From the human T2T-CHM13v2.0 reference genome, Homo sapiens: 64,000 nucleotides of DNA. Positions within the stretch are counted from its first letter, which is position 1. Every line of letters starts with the position of its first letter. Under the pieces are notes generated by a model. It was not told the origin of the DNA and searched no databases. It saw only the letters and a program-made list of their open reading frames with translations. This document shows positions 43,756 through 58,472 of this stretch, piece after piece. A program made the translations under genes and the position numbers. Location of the stretch: assembly GCF_009914755.1 (NCBI RefSeq), contig NC_060937.1. One strand, written 5' to 3'.

Positions 43756-44250
43756 TGCAGGGGCAGCAAAACTCTACCTCCATCCTCTTAAAGTCCTGGC
43801 TGGGCCTGAGAATTAAATTGACATAAGAGAGATTAACAGGAGAAAAGCAGCATACAAATTCATTTAATACAAGTTTTATGTGGCCTGGGGAGCCCTCATA
43901 AGGAAAATAAGACCCAAAAAACCAGCTACAGTCAGTTACTTATATACTGCATTGGACAAAAGAATACTAAGTTGTGAAGAAGCAACTAAATTATGTGGGG
44001 AGACTTCAACAATATGAGTTATCTTAACAAGGTCTGTAAAGAAGTCTTTCAGCCTTGGCTTCTCGTCCTTAAGGATACAGATGTTGCTTTTCCTTCTAGT
44101 ATAGGAAGGGTGTCTTTCACATGGGAATTTCATCTTCTGCTTTTAAGAAACAGAAAAGAGGTCAGAATGATCTTCTTGCAATTTCTGTCTTTCAAATGCC
44201 TTTAATTCAAAACAGTCAATATGTGAAAGCGGTATTTTTTAACCCCTTCA
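43756..44250 (-). mobile_element. MER34-family ERV1 solo LTR
   Basis: TG...CCCCTTCA termini; GAGAATTAAATTGACATAAGAGAGATTAACAGGAGAAAAGCA. Confidence 0.65.
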
Positions 44251-44924
44251 GTGTGAACTATGTATGAAGTAAAATTCCACAAAAGATACTCAAGCCATGG
44301 TTCCCAGTCTTGGAAGGAAACAATCTCAACTCCCTATTGTCTAGAATAAATTTCAAAATACCTTTCTTATCCTTTAAGGCCACTCAGCATCTGAGCGTGT
44401 CTTTCCTCTCTAGCCTTATTTCCCAGTCCTGCCCATCACATTCCCAGAGCACTCACCCAGATGGAACCCACCTTGCTCTTCTGAGCCTGGGGCTCTTCTT
44501 ATGACACTCCCTCTGCCCCTTTGTCTGTGCCACTTGTCCTGCACTGTGTTCTGCTGTCAAATTCCACCTGTCCTCATGGCTGACCTCAAGTGTCCTCTAC
44601 ATGATCCCTTCCATGGTCTCAACAAGCCCCCATGCCTTCTCCCTGCTCTTGTGTCCTTCCTCATGTTTGGCCCTGCATGTGGCAGCCTCCATCTCACAGG
44701 GTGGTCATGGTGTCCATACTTGAACCCCCCACTGAGCTGAGGGTGAGGCTTGCATTGCACTGATCTTTATTTCCCTGAGAGTTCCTAGCATGGTGGTTCT
44801 GACATAAATGCTCCCCAAGCCATAACGAAAATCACAGAGAAGAAGGACAGATGGAAGGAATCAACGTGATGGTAGGAAGCAGGCAGGAAGTGGCTCAGTG
44901 CACTATGAGAGGCACAGTACAACC

Positions 44925-45325
44925 CAATTTAAATTTTATCTTGAAATTTCAAACTTAGAGAAATATTGTAGCTACAATTTAAAAAACTCCTGTACATGTT
45001 TTACCCTGATTTACCAATTGCTAATATTTTGCCTCATATGCTTTATCATTTTCTCACTGTATGTTATTTTTCTGAACCATCTGAGAATAAGTTGCAGAAA
45101 TCATGCCACTTGCTCTTAAACACTTCAGTGTGTATTTACTAAGAATAAAGATATTCTCTTACACAGCCATATTACACTTATCAAAATCAGGAAATTTAAC
45201 GTTGATATAGGATTAATCTATACCTTCATTAAATTTCTCCAATTGACCCAATATCTATTATATCTTTTTTTTTTTCTGGTTCAGGAGCCAATCTATGATC
45301 TTATATTAAATCGTGTATTCATGAC
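44925..45325 (-). mobile_element. Old L1M 3' fragment
   Basis: TTTTCTGAACCATCTGAGAATAAGTTGCAG...CTTCAGTGTGTATTT...AAAATCAGGAAATTTAAC. Confidence 0.75.
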
Positions 45326-45505
45326 AGATAAAGTTTTAAGGACAAAAATGGCATTGTTTGGGGGTCCAGATTCTACTCAAATTCAAGGTGCATGTTTCTG
45401 CTCATCCCAGCAAATTATGACAGCAAAGCCGGGAGTTGTGTGATCTTACACAGCAATGCTATGCTGCCCATTGTTTTTGATTTGCAGACCTATCAGAGGT
45501 TCTGC
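45219..45505 (+). repeat. Copy 1 of a diverged ~285-bp direct repeat
   Basis: Colinear with 46058-46346 (shared TTCTACTCAAATTCAAG, TGTTTCTGCTCAT, TTGTGTGATCTTACACAG). Confidence 0.93.
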
Positions 45506-46057
45506 GCAGATTGAGGCCTCGGGGTGCTCTCCCCAACTGGTGGTGAAAAAGGCTTCCAGTGGAATGAGATGATGCCTGTCTGCTTGCAACTTCTCACATT
45601 TCCCGGAGATTGGCAAGTGGACTCCTGTTAGACGCCACATGGCAGGAAACAATCACTCTGAAGTGTTTTTTGTGAAGCAAAATTACTAATGTTAATTATT
45701 CATCATATTTATTTCAAGATTCTAAATTAACACAATTATCCACATCTTATGGATTACAGAAATATAAAATATTACACTTTTGACTTACACACGTATAAAT
45801 ACTAATTTTAGGCTTTTATGATTTGAAAGGCAAATCACCCCAAACATTACCAGCTGGAGATGCTAAGGGAGAACAGAGGCCATCTCCTTTGTTCCTTTGG
45901 CATGATCCTGACACTTTTAGTATTTGAGAGTCCCAGGTTTTGCTGTTATTTTAAATCAGATCACTTTCAGAAAGGTAAGTCATCTTGCTTGACTCCCACT
46001 CCTTTGCAGAAAGACAGAAGATCTTCATCAGGGACCTTTTACCCTGAATGACTTGTG

Positions 46058-46346
46058 TATACCTTAATTAAATTTCTCCAATTTGCTGATTGTTCCAATA
46101 TCTATTATGTCATTTTGTTTCTGGCTCAGGATCTAAGATCATATAGTAAAGTGTGCATTCACAACAGATAATGTTTTAAAGAGAAAAAATGGCATCATTT
46201 TGGGGCCCAGTTTCTACTCAAATTCAAGATGCGTGTTTCTGCTCATACCAGAAAATCATGACAGCAAAGGAAAGAATTGTGTGATCTTACACAGGGATTC
46301 TATGTTTCCTGTTGCTTTTTATTTACAGATCCATCAGAGGTCCTGC
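46058..46346 (+). repeat. Copy 2 of a diverged ~285-bp direct repeat
   Basis: Colinear with 45219-45505. Confidence 0.93.
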
Positions 46347-47398
46347 ATGCCAGCTCTTCTTCCTGGATTGTTCATTCAGGCCTCATTGGAATCTCTATTC
46401 CATAGTTAAGATCTAGTTCAGTGGCCACCTCCTCCATGAAGTCCATCAACCCTTCAACAGTTATTTGTCCTCCCTTCCATACACCTTCAGCATTTATTCA
46501 TTGTTGTAGTAACACACTGTGCTATGCAATGATGTGATGGTCCTTGAGATTACAAATGAATTTCATCTTCATCTTCTCATACCCAACAAGGTTCCTGGAA
46601 TATGGCCAGTGAGCAAGGAATGAATGAATCCCTGACAGTCTCATACTGACCCTCTAAGACTCCCCGAATCCTCATCACTTTACTTTGGAAGCTGCTAGTT
46701 CTAATTCTTTGTGCTTTCCTTCTCTCTGATGCCCTCTGGTTACTTTTCTTTGCACTTGGATGAAATCGATACAGCAGCTTTATTGCAGTTGGGAAGGCTT
46801 TTGGATTACAAAGCAGATGTGGTGGTTTGGGGTCGGGGGTAATTGCTTGTGAAGGCTATTGGAAAGCAGAAACTTGGAGGGCTCTGCAAGTTCATCTTGT
46901 CACTTCTACTCCTCTTTGACTGATGGGTATTTTCCTCATTCTCAGTGACCTCTGGGGACAGCAATTTTGTATGGCCCCCACTGGAAACCTTTACAGCGGC
47001 AGCATGGTGAAGCAGGTGTGAGAGTTTAGATGCATAAAGATGGGTATTCTCAGATGTCCCGGCACAGAATACAGCTTCTCCAAGGCTGTCAGGGCTGGGT
47101 TGAAAAGAGGTCTGGCCACACCAAGAATGGTTATCAGTGTGAATTTACCTGATCTCACAGATATGTTCTCTAGTCCCACTGTCCTTTCCTTCTACCTTGC
47201 CAATTCAGCAGGTCGGGCCCAGCCCAGACCATTGGCCCTTCCCATCCTTGGCAGCTACTTCTATTAAGTGCATATCTTATCTAATACCACCCTTGCTTCA
47301 CTCTTGCTTTACCTCCCAGACCTTGAAATTCTATTCATATCTGATCTCAGCCTCCCAGCACCAGCACCTACATATTCTATTAGTGCTGTAATGGCTAG

Positions 47399-47757
<359 letters not shown>

Positions 47758-49160
47758 TATTTTGGCATCTTATGTAATGATGCCTCTTATATTCAGCAAG
47801 TAAATTCCATAATGTGTCACCCACCCATTTTAAATGCTAATAAAAGAAATGAGTGCATCTCTCGTAACTATCACAGTAGTGGGAGTTGTAAGGGGAAAAA
47901 AAGGCCAGATGCATTTTGCTTTCTTTCTTAGTTACCACTAACATCTTTGCTCTATATTTGTGTCTCAGTGATGTTCCCTTCTTGCTGCTAAGCCTGGTCT
48001 ATTGTTGGCATGGCACATGTGGGCTGCATGGGTAATTTGTGTCCTAGGAGGTTTCAGTTTACAAAAATAGGCAAAGCTTGACTTTTCACAGTCACTTCCT
48101 CTGTAATTAAAATGGTATATTTCTTAAGTTAGGAAAAGATGAGTTTATGGTAAGGGGAATAACAGTCTCTTCAAAGAGACTGAATTTATATTCTTGAACC
48201 ATTGCCATATATAATAAAAGGCCTAGCAATTACTTGAAAGTCAATTTAAACATTGGATATAACAAAATAGTGCAAATTGGATAAATTAAGCTTCGGGTTC
48301 TTTTTTATTGAAGGACATATTGACTTTTTTGTTTTGTTTTGTTTTGTTTTTTTTTGTTTGATCCTGGGGAAGTGGAGTCAATGGAAGCATTTTGGCACAC
48401 ATTTCTTTAAAAAAAAATGGAGTTAGGAATATGCACAACTTCCTCTGTAAGGGTGGGGAGAATCTGTTTTGTTTTTCAATATTTGCTCCACTGTGAATTT
48501 ATTTTTGGTGTAATGGTGCGTCCCAACACCATTTGTTGACTGATTCATCTTTTCTCCACTGATTAGAAACACAACATTTTCCTACTGTAAAAAGAAATAA
48601 TGTTAATTTTATATTTTAGGACTAAAACAACTATATTTACATGTGTTAAGATATTTCCTTATTAAATTTAAACATGTAAGCCACACAAGTTTTAATATCC
48701 TGTCTTGGCATTTCTTCACTTTTAAAGATATGCTAAGAAACAAACAGGAAACTGGCCAAGACTTCTGTTAACTGTTGAGAAGCTCCTAGAAATATGACCC
48801 ACTACCTCACAGCTCTGCCTCTAGCAAGATTCCCCTAAGTCTTGGCCCTAGAGACTTTTAAACAAAGACCAAGACATTCAGGTCACAAGGGCGGTGGCTG
48901 CGATGATCTCAGAGCCAATGATGGCAAACTGCTCAGCTCTGGCTCAGCACAGGTGAGGGCTGCAATGACATGGAGGAGATGAGGCACCAACCGGAGTCTA
49001 ACCTGCTTGCTGCTGTGTCCACTGCTAAGAGTCCTCAGAAGTCACTGACAGCAGAACGGAGAGGACAAGGTGCTGATGAGCAAAAGATAGCCCCAGACTC
49101 TGACTGGAAGGGGCCAAGTCAGAGTCCCACTGTATGCTCACTGCCTCGGAGAAGGGCACC

Positions 49161-49162
<2 letters not shown>

Positions 49163-49217
<55 letters not shown>
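49163..49217. repeat. (GT)n microsatellite
   Basis: About 27 uninterrupted GT units. Confidence 0.97.
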
Positions 49218-49219
<2 letters not shown>

Positions 49220-49234
49220 GCAGAGGAGGGGGCT

Positions 49235-49504
49235 GGCTGGGGAGGCCTCACAGTCATGGTGGCAAGGCAAAAGAGAAGCAAAGTCCCGTCTTGCAAGGCA
49301 GAGGCAAGAGAGAGAGCATGAGCAGGGGAACTCCCCTTTATAAAACTGTCAGATTTCATGAGACTTATTCATTGTCACAAGAACAGCATGGGAAAGACCC
49401 ACCCTCATGATTCAGTTACCTCCCACCGGGTCCCTCCCATGACACGTGTGAATTATGGGAGCTACAATTTGAGATTTGGGTAGGGACACAGCAAAACCAT
49501 ATCA
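49235..49504 (-). mobile_element. THE1C/D partial LTR
   Basis: GGCTGGGGAGGCCTCACA...GGGACACAGCAAAACCATATCA. Confidence 0.88.
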
Positions 49505-50329
49505 GTTGCTTATGATTTGGAGCAGATTTTTTGGTTTGGTATTGGTTTTTGCTTTGTCCCATAAAATGGCTTCTGAGCCTGAATGTCCTTCTTGTTGCCC
49601 TGAATTGTTTTGACTGGATCCCAAAAGGCTTTCCCCAGGGGATGTTTGGAGAAGGAGCTCAGAATAGTTCAAATGGATCTAGTCCTCCTGGCTACTAAGA
49701 GACATAGATAGGAATCATATAAACTTGCTTTGTTTTCGGTTCTTTGGTGGCTTTTTTTTTTTTCTCTCTCTCTTGACTCGGAAACAAGTTTACTGCAGGA
49801 AATGGATGCAGATAAAAATATATTCAAGTGATTAGGACTTGGAATACCCTACAGAAAAGGTAGGCTATTTAATGTCAGAAAGCATAACAAGAAGATTGTT
49901 TTTTTTATAATGAATGTTGAGCTGAATTATGTCCATCCCCTATGGGGTAGGGTTGGTAAAGGGGTAGTATGAACCCCACCCCAAGGGAAGTTATAGTCTA
50001 AGACTAGTAGGACAGAGGCAGGAAGCAGAAATATCACTTTTCACAATACAATAACTACTGAGAACATTAGAAAGTACCCATATGAAGGCCCTCATTTTTA
50101 TAGATAAGGAAACAGAAACCATTTCCAAATAGTTAAGGAGAATGATGAGGCTTCAGGTTGAGTGCTTTGTGCACTCAACATGAAGAGCACTCATTTACTC
50201 TTCACCATGGCTACATGGGGTAGACAATGTAGTTACAGCCATTTCCAAAAAGTTTCATTCACTAGGTTCTCAATAAATAACTGATGAAGGAATGAATTAA
50301 CAACTCTAATGCATTTATTCTTTTACGGG

Positions 50330-50710
50330 AGATGTTCTTTCTTTAGGCATCCTCTTGATAAGTTCCCCCACCAAGCCTGTTCCTCTTCCAAGGTTCCCTG
50401 TCTCTATGAACTGCCCACCTTGCAACCATTTGCACAAGCCAGAAACCTGTCTCCTTCATACCTTCCTCTCTGACACACGCTTAGAGAATTCATTATCCAG
50501 TCCTGATGGCTTTGCCGCCTAGAATTCTCCTGAATCCATCCATAGATCTCTGCCTCCACCACCACTACCCTCATCCAAATTGCCATCAACTCTCACCTGA
50601 TGACCGTGGCCACCTCCTGACTGGGTCCACATATCAATTCTGAGCTCCCCTAAATCTGCTTCCCACACTGTAGCAAGAGTAGCCTTTTCAAAAGACAAAT
50701 CCCCTCTTTC
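50330..50710 (+). mobile_element. L2 fragment
   Basis: CAAGCCAGAAACCTG...CCACTACCCTCATCCAA...TCTCACCTG...CTCCTGACTGG. Confidence 0.7.
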
Positions 50711-51674
50711 TATTTATTCGTTTCCTTTCCTTCCTGAAAAATTCAGACCCAAAGCCACTAGGTAGGACAAAGCAAGGCAGGCATTCCAGCCTGAGATGTA
50801 AGAAGTTGCCTTAAAAGAGCCCTCCAGGATACTACATACCCTAATGTAGGTACATAGGACCCAAATCAACCCTACTCTGGGATTGGGGGTCAAATATCAA
50901 GGATTCCAGCAGTAACAGTATCTGGTGACGAGGCTGAAGTGGGAGAAGAGACCACAGAACACAGCAACAATGCAATATCTCTCCAGATAACAGTTTTCTC
51001 AGCCTCTTGACTCTGATGTACATGGAGATCCCATCTTGTTTTTTCACTCCTTGCCCCTTCCTATTGAGCTTTTTACACAGACCCTCGCCATTGCCTTTTA
51101 ATTCATCAGGAAATAGACAGAGCTTCACAGTGGCAGCAGCACCTGTTCCCTGCCCAGCCCCAAGCACAGATATTGGAAAATTATTCAATTATTAATTAAC
51201 ACTTGCAGCCCACAGTGTACATTCTCAAGTCTAAAGTGAGGGCTAGTGAATAAGGCAATAATATACTGTTTTACATTTTCAAAAATTAAAGAATACTACT
51301 ACACACCTATCGGAATGGCCAAAATCCAGAATGCTGACCACCCAAATGCCAGTAATAATGTGAACCAACAGGAGCTCTCATTTATTGCTCATTGGAATGC
51401 AAAATGGTACAGCTACTTTGGAAAAGAGTTTGGCAGTTTCTCATAAAACTAAACATACTCTTACCATATGGCCCAGCAGTCATGATCCTTGGTAGTCAAA
51501 GGAGCGGAAAAGTTATGTCCACACAAAAATCTGCACATGGATACTTACACCAGCTCTATTCATAATTGCCAAAACTTAGAAGTGATTAAGATGTCCTTCA
51601 GTAGGTGAATGGATAAACTGTGGTACATCCACACAATGGAGTATTAATTCTGTGCCAAAAAGAAATGAGCTATC

Positions 51675-52304
<630 letters not shown>

Positions 52305-52539
52305 TAATGGTGATGATTATATTAATATAATCTTAATGCCGTTGAATTATACATTTAAGGATGGTTAAAATGATAAATACTATGTTATGTATATTTTACC
52401 ACAGTACTAAGAAGAATAACTAATGCCCCCCTCCACTCATTTTCCACTGTATACTCTTTGTATATTTATATCACGGGCTTGTATTACCTATTTAAAGCAG
52501 ATGTTTTTAACCAAAAGATTTAACTTTATACATTTATAG

Positions 52540-52632
52540 GATGTTCTTTCAACTGCATAAAAGTGGCTCTACTGTATCTTAGAAATGAAAAATTATTGAA
52601 AAAAACTGCAAAGGGTTAAAACTGCATCTGAG
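52540..52632 (+). other. Candidate internal exon (93 nt), probably non-coding
   Basis: Acceptor CTTTATACATTTATAG|G; donor GAG|GTAAGT. Confidence 0.35.
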
Positions 52633-52917
52633 GTAAGTAAATTCATCAATTGCTGCTGTTCCTCCACAGAAAGAATGTACAGCCTCCTCCTTTCTTCCTC
52701 TCCTCATAGCCCCACCCCAGCTTCCTGTCATGCACACTGAGAATTTCATCATTCTAGCAACCTCATATCCAAAAAAAGGTCCCTGGCAAAAGATTTATCA
52801 CTCCCCAAAATTATCATGAAAATTATATTTTAATACCTGGCATATTAATGCAAGAATGTAAGCAATAATTGCAGGACTGTCATGAAAAGATTTTCAGTCT
52901 TTTATTTTTCTTTCTAG

Positions 52918-53018
52918 AATTGAGAACAGTGGTAGATATGGAAGCTGTGACTAGCCTGAAGAGTGCAGACAACCAAAATGAGTTTCCAGTAATATCAAGG
53001 CAAACCACAACAAAACAG
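52918..53018 (+). other. Candidate internal exon (101 nt), probably non-coding
   Basis: Strong acceptor TCTTTTATTTTTCTTTCTAG|A; consensus donor CAG|GTAAGT. Confidence 0.5.
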
Positions 53019-53354
53019 GTAAGTCAGCCTTTATTTCTCAGGTGACACCTTGCACTGTGATACCACAGTGTTCATAAAAGGTATCAGAAGTATACAAGCC
53101 AAGTTAAGCTATTTAAGAACTTTTCAGAGGCTACTGTGTGCCCAGCACTGTAACTTCAAGTCTCTATTCTACCAAATCTATGATGTCAAGTGGAAAAGAC
53201 AAATTTTCCAGTTCTGCAGTGTCCCATGTAGAACTCTTTGAGAGGAGGGAATATGCTTTGCTTCTGTCTACTGCGCAACACAGAGTAGGTGCTTACAAGA
53301 TGCATGAAGTTCTAATGTTCCATAGCACTGCAGGATGACTACAGAAAACAATAT

Positions 53355-53540
53355 ATAGATTCAAATACCTAGAAGGAGGATAATGAATGTTCCCAACAAA
53401 AAGAAATAATAAATGTTCAATTTGATGGATAAGCTAATTACCCTGACCTGATCACTATACATTATATATTGAAACATCACTCTGTATCCCATAAATATAT
53501 ACAATTACTATGTGTCAATTTTACAAATAAAAGAAAAAAA
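53355..53540 (+). mobile_element. L1MA 3' end fragment
   Basis: GAATGTTCCCAACA...GCTAATTACCCTGA...TATGTGTCAATT + A tail. Confidence 0.82.
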
Positions 53541-53580
53541 GATGTTTGAAGTAATGAATGAGTAACAAAATGAAGTGGAT

Positions 53581-53959
<379 letters not shown>

Positions 53960-54150
53960 TTACCTCTTCTTCAACACTCAGAGTGAACACAAGCCGTTAA
54001 TCATCCCCAACCAAGCTGTGACCATGCTGAGCAGTGGCCAGGAAATTAGGAATAACATTCATTCCATAAGCATATATTGAATGTCTACTATGCTCCAAAT
54101 AAATGCAGGGTGCAGAGGACAAGGGAATGCTGTCCCTGCTCTTTTACTGC

Positions 54151-54688
54151 TGTATTAATCATAGCTTTTTGTTTTATATATATCTGATGCTCTGGCATCT
54201 GGGGCTTTGCTGACCTTGGAGAGACTGCCCTTCCCAGGGCTAGCCAATTCCTAGAGATAGTAAATAAATTGCCTGCAAGTGCACCTTCCGAGCAATCCAG
54301 AGCCCATGCCCCCACCACCTCCTCTATCAGACTCTGACACACAGAGCTTTTATTTCCCCGCCCTAATCACCCCCAGGCAGGTACCAGACAACTCAGGACA
54401 ATCCCTATGCCCCAAAACCCACTGAAATCATTTGAACTAGCCAATCCTAAGATGCTTACCCTTCCTCCCCAGCTCTTTCCCACAGAAACCATGATAAAGG
54501 CTCCTGCCCACATTTCCCTCTCACTCCCCTGCCTCCTGACTGACCCTGGTGCCTCCCCAGGTGGCCCAGCATGGTGTGGCATGCCCCTCCTCTTGGGAAC
54601 TGTGAGCAACAAACTATCTTTTCAGTGGCAATCATCTCTTAATCCGTTGGCCTCACCATACCTGGATAATAATAAAACCCACATTTAA
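54151..54688 (+). mobile_element. MER74-like ERVL solo LTR
   Basis: TGTATTAA...CATCTGGGGCTTTGCTGACC...CCCAGGGCTAGCCAATTCCTAGAGATAGTAAA. Confidence 0.7.
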
Positions 54689-55178
54689 AAAGAGTTGCTT
54701 ACAGTCTAGGAGGGGACACCAACATATCTCCCTACAATTACAGGGCTGGATGAGAACTTCTACAAAGGAGACGTGAGCAGAGCGCTGTGGGGGTGCAGGG
54801 GGGGTAGTAGCTGATGTGGGCACTGCTGGAGATTCCAGCAAGAACCCTAAAACGAGCTTGGGTTGGTCAGTTTGTTGCTAAGGCAGACAATGCAAACATG
54901 AGAAAAGGCTGAGGGTTGGAAAGGCTTCACCTGGAGCTGGGAGGAGCCCTCTTCACAAAGAAAGGAGACGGGCACCACTGCCCTCCTGCCTCTGGGACAC
55001 GGCTGCTAACCTGTGGAAGGTTCTGGCTGACTGTCTTCTGTACCTGCACAGAGAAGGGTAGGTAGTAACTTCAGCCCAGACCAGAGTTAAAAGACGTTGG
55101 CCTTGTGGTGGAAGAAAGTTGGGATTCTCTATTTTCTTTTAGCCCAGATTTTAAAAATATGAACATTAAAGAGTTTCT

Positions 55179-55469
55179 GGCCAGGCGTAGTGGCTCACAC
55201 CTGTAATCCCAGCACTTTGGGAAGCCGAGGCGGGTGGATCACCTGAGGTCAGGAGTTCAAGACTAGCCTGGCCAAATGAGGAAACCCCGTCTCTACTAAA
55301 AATACAAAAATTAGTGGGGCGTGGTGGTGGGCACCTGTAATCCCAGCTACTTGGGAGGCTGAGGTAGGGAGAATCACCTGAACCTGGGAGGCAGAGGTTG
55401 CAGTGAGCCAAGATCATGCCATTGCACTCCAGCATGGGCAACAGAGCGAGACTCTATCTCAAAAAAAAA
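55179..55469 (+). mobile_element. AluSx-like
   Basis: Full Alu with a short tail. Confidence 0.93.
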
Positions 55470-55591
55470 GTTTCCATTCTCCCTCTTAAATTCAGGTTCC
55501 TCATCTGTAAAGTGAGTGAGGAGGACCAGGCATCTGAACTCCACTCCAGTCCTTGACTTAGTATCTATTCCAGGTACAGAGAATAATACAG

Positions 55592-55972
55592 TGTTACGGG
55601 CTGAATCATGTCACCCTAAAATTAATTTGTTAAAGCCCTTGCCACCAGTACCTCAAGGTGTGATATTATTTGGATATGAGCATTACCAGCATGAGGTCAT
55701 GTGGGTGGGCTCTAATCCAGTTTGACCAGTACCCTTATAAGAAGAAAAAATCTGTATACAAAAAGAGAAACACCAGTGATGCATGCACACAGAGGAAAGA
55801 CCGTGTGAGGACATGTGAGGCAGCAGCCATCTGCAGGCCAAGGAGAGGGGCCTCAGGAGAAACAACTCTGCTCACACCTTGATCTTAAAGTTCCAGCCTC
55901 CAGAACTGGGAAAAAATTAATTTCTGTTTTTTAAGCTACCTAGTCTGTGACAGCAGCCCTAGCAGACTATAT
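55592..55972 (+). mobile_element. MLT1A/B MaLR solo LTR
   Basis: TGTTACGGGCTGAAT...GCCATCTGCAGGCCAAGGAGAGGGGCCTCAGGAGAAAC. Confidence 0.85.
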
Positions 55973-57751
55973 GGTAACAGATCAATTGTTAAAAACTTAA
56001 AGTCTCTAGGAAAAAGACTTCCTCAATAGGAAGCCACAAAATGCTCTCTGGTTATTTTGATGTTCAGCCAATTCACCCAAAACTCTGTGCCATGACTAAT
56101 AAGATGCAATTTAATATAACAAACATTGATCGAATGCCAGTCACAATGAGAGGCACTGGCAAACACATCTAATTCTCCAAGGTCATGAGGATTCAGACAG
56201 GGGGAAGAAAGAACAGGTTCTTCAAAAATCTCACTTTAGCTAAATAAACAAAACCTCTCCCTCTTTTCCATGTGACCTGAGTCTCAAATAACTGATGGAT
56301 TCACCCCCATCAGGACTGCCTCAGTCTCTCCCAGAGGTGAGACAATCAAGCGTGACAAGGAAGAAAAGTAAAGTATAGAAATCCACATGTGTGGACTGGC
56401 CATTCTTACAGAGGAGAAGCTGTGGCTGTTCAATGTGAGAAATTCTCCAACTCAAAAGGAGACAATTGAGAAAGGAACAAGAACTATAAAAACTTTCCAG
56501 AGTTTGTCATCAGAACAACCTCCTTCACTAGGGCCATAATCAGCAGAATGGAAAAGAACAGGTGGCACAACACTTAGATAATATTCTTGGATATGCTCAG
56601 AAAAGTAGGGAGATGGGAAAACTCAAACCTAAGCTCTGTCTTTGGATAAAAATATAACAAAACAGGGGGACAGGGAAAACAGAGAAATGGCAAAAAGGAA
56701 AGAAAGGTCTGGCAATTGGTATATTTTTATCATTAATACCCAGGGATGAACATCTTTAGAAGCCATTTCACTATCACGAATCTTTAAGACATCAACAATG
56801 TTAAAATAGAAAAGCAGAGACTAAATATTCTACCTTAATGCCTTAAGAATCAAAGTCCCACAAATCCACCCACTGGGAAGCTAAGCATTCCCAGACATCT
56901 CAGGAAGAAAACCTTCCATCAGGAGAGCCCAGAGTCCTTATTTTTCAAGTGGCAAAGATCTAAACTTGATTCTAGAGCATGGTCCTAGCAGGATAGCATA
57001 GCACAAATATTTTATTTTCTAAATATTCCTTTTGAAATTCTTTCTATATCCTTTCCCAGCAGAGAAAGCCAGTGGGTTTATCCTTCCAGGGCCCTCTCCT
57101 CTTCTTTCTCAAAAAAAGCTGGCAGTTGCTTCCAGGAATGGGCTCTGCACCTCCCATAAGTCATTCTTGCCCCACAATCAGGGCCAGGACTGTGTTGAAT
57201 CAGAGCAACCCAAGACCAAATTGCAGCCCGTCAGCTAAGGGTACAGCAGGTGGGTGTTGAGTCTCTAAGGACAATCCTCACAGAGAATCAGAGCCTGAGA
57301 TTTGCATTAATATGATGCTGGTGTTTGGACCTAAAAGAAACCCAATTTTGAAAGGAACCATGAGCAGGAAAACCTCTGGACAGAGTTCAAGATCTGGCTC
57401 TATCTTTGCTGTGTGACTTTAAGCAAGTCACATAACTCCTCTGGACCACTGTATTTTTTCACTGGAAGAAAGCAAATATCAGGTGAATTGCCAAGGTTCT
57501 TTCCAGCTGTAAAAGTGTAATGGCTTCAGTTTCTTCAATTCATTCTGGTTAATATTCATAGAAAATAATTTTTAGAAAATAATTAATAGAAAATAATTTT
57601 TAAATTATTTAAAATAATTTTAATAGCCACATAAGACTGTATTATCAACAATAAGCTGTTAAAGCATCACAGATTGGAAATACAATTTTCTGAATTTATA
57701 CTTGATATTTCTCATTCTTTTTTACTTTTTTCTGCATTTAAAGAGTCTCCT

Positions 57752-58040
<289 letters not shown>

Positions 58041-58058
58041 GTCTCCCACCCATAGGAG

Positions 58059-58472
58059 GTATTATGAGTTGAATTTATGTCCCCTCAAAAATCATATATT
58101 AATGCCCATATCTCAGAATGTTACTTGATCTGGAAATAGGGTGACTAATTAGTCAAGATAAGTTCGTAGTGGAGTAGGGTAGGCCCCTAATCCCATGGGA
58201 CTGGTGTCCTTATAAAAAGGAAAATTTGGAGACAATCATATCCACAGGGAGAATACATGAAGGCTGGCGTTGTGCTGCCACAGCCAGGGAACTACCAAAA
58301 ACTGGAGAGAAGCCTGGCACAGATCCTTTTCCAGTTCCTTCAGAGGAAGCACGGCCCTGCCGTCACGTTAATCTTGGACTTGGACTTTCCAGACCCGTGA
58401 GGCAGGAAGTTCTGCTAGTTAAGCCACTCAGTGTGTGGTGCTTTGCTATGACAGCCTTAGCAAACTCATACA
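58059..58472 (+). mobile_element. MLT1B/C MaLR solo LTR
   Basis: GACTGGTGTCCTTATAAAAAG...CCTTCAGAGGAAGCACGGCCCTGCC...GCAAACTCATACA. Confidence 0.85.

Noticed and set aside
45488-45615. Resemblance to a C-type lectin exon (FQWN..DDAC)
   Set aside because: Needs several frameshifts and stops, and no partner exons were found; likely chance
46936-47150. Cys/Gly pattern vaguely like a kringle start (CMAPTGNLYSG)
   Set aside because: In-frame stop, and the remaining kringle motif residues are absent
48970-49410. 146-aa ORF with a VC repeat
   Set aside because: Product of a (GT)n microsatellite plus a THE1 LTR
57559-57625. AT-rich (TAGAAAATAATT)-like repeats with palindromic potential
   Set aside because: Ordinary low-complexity slippage
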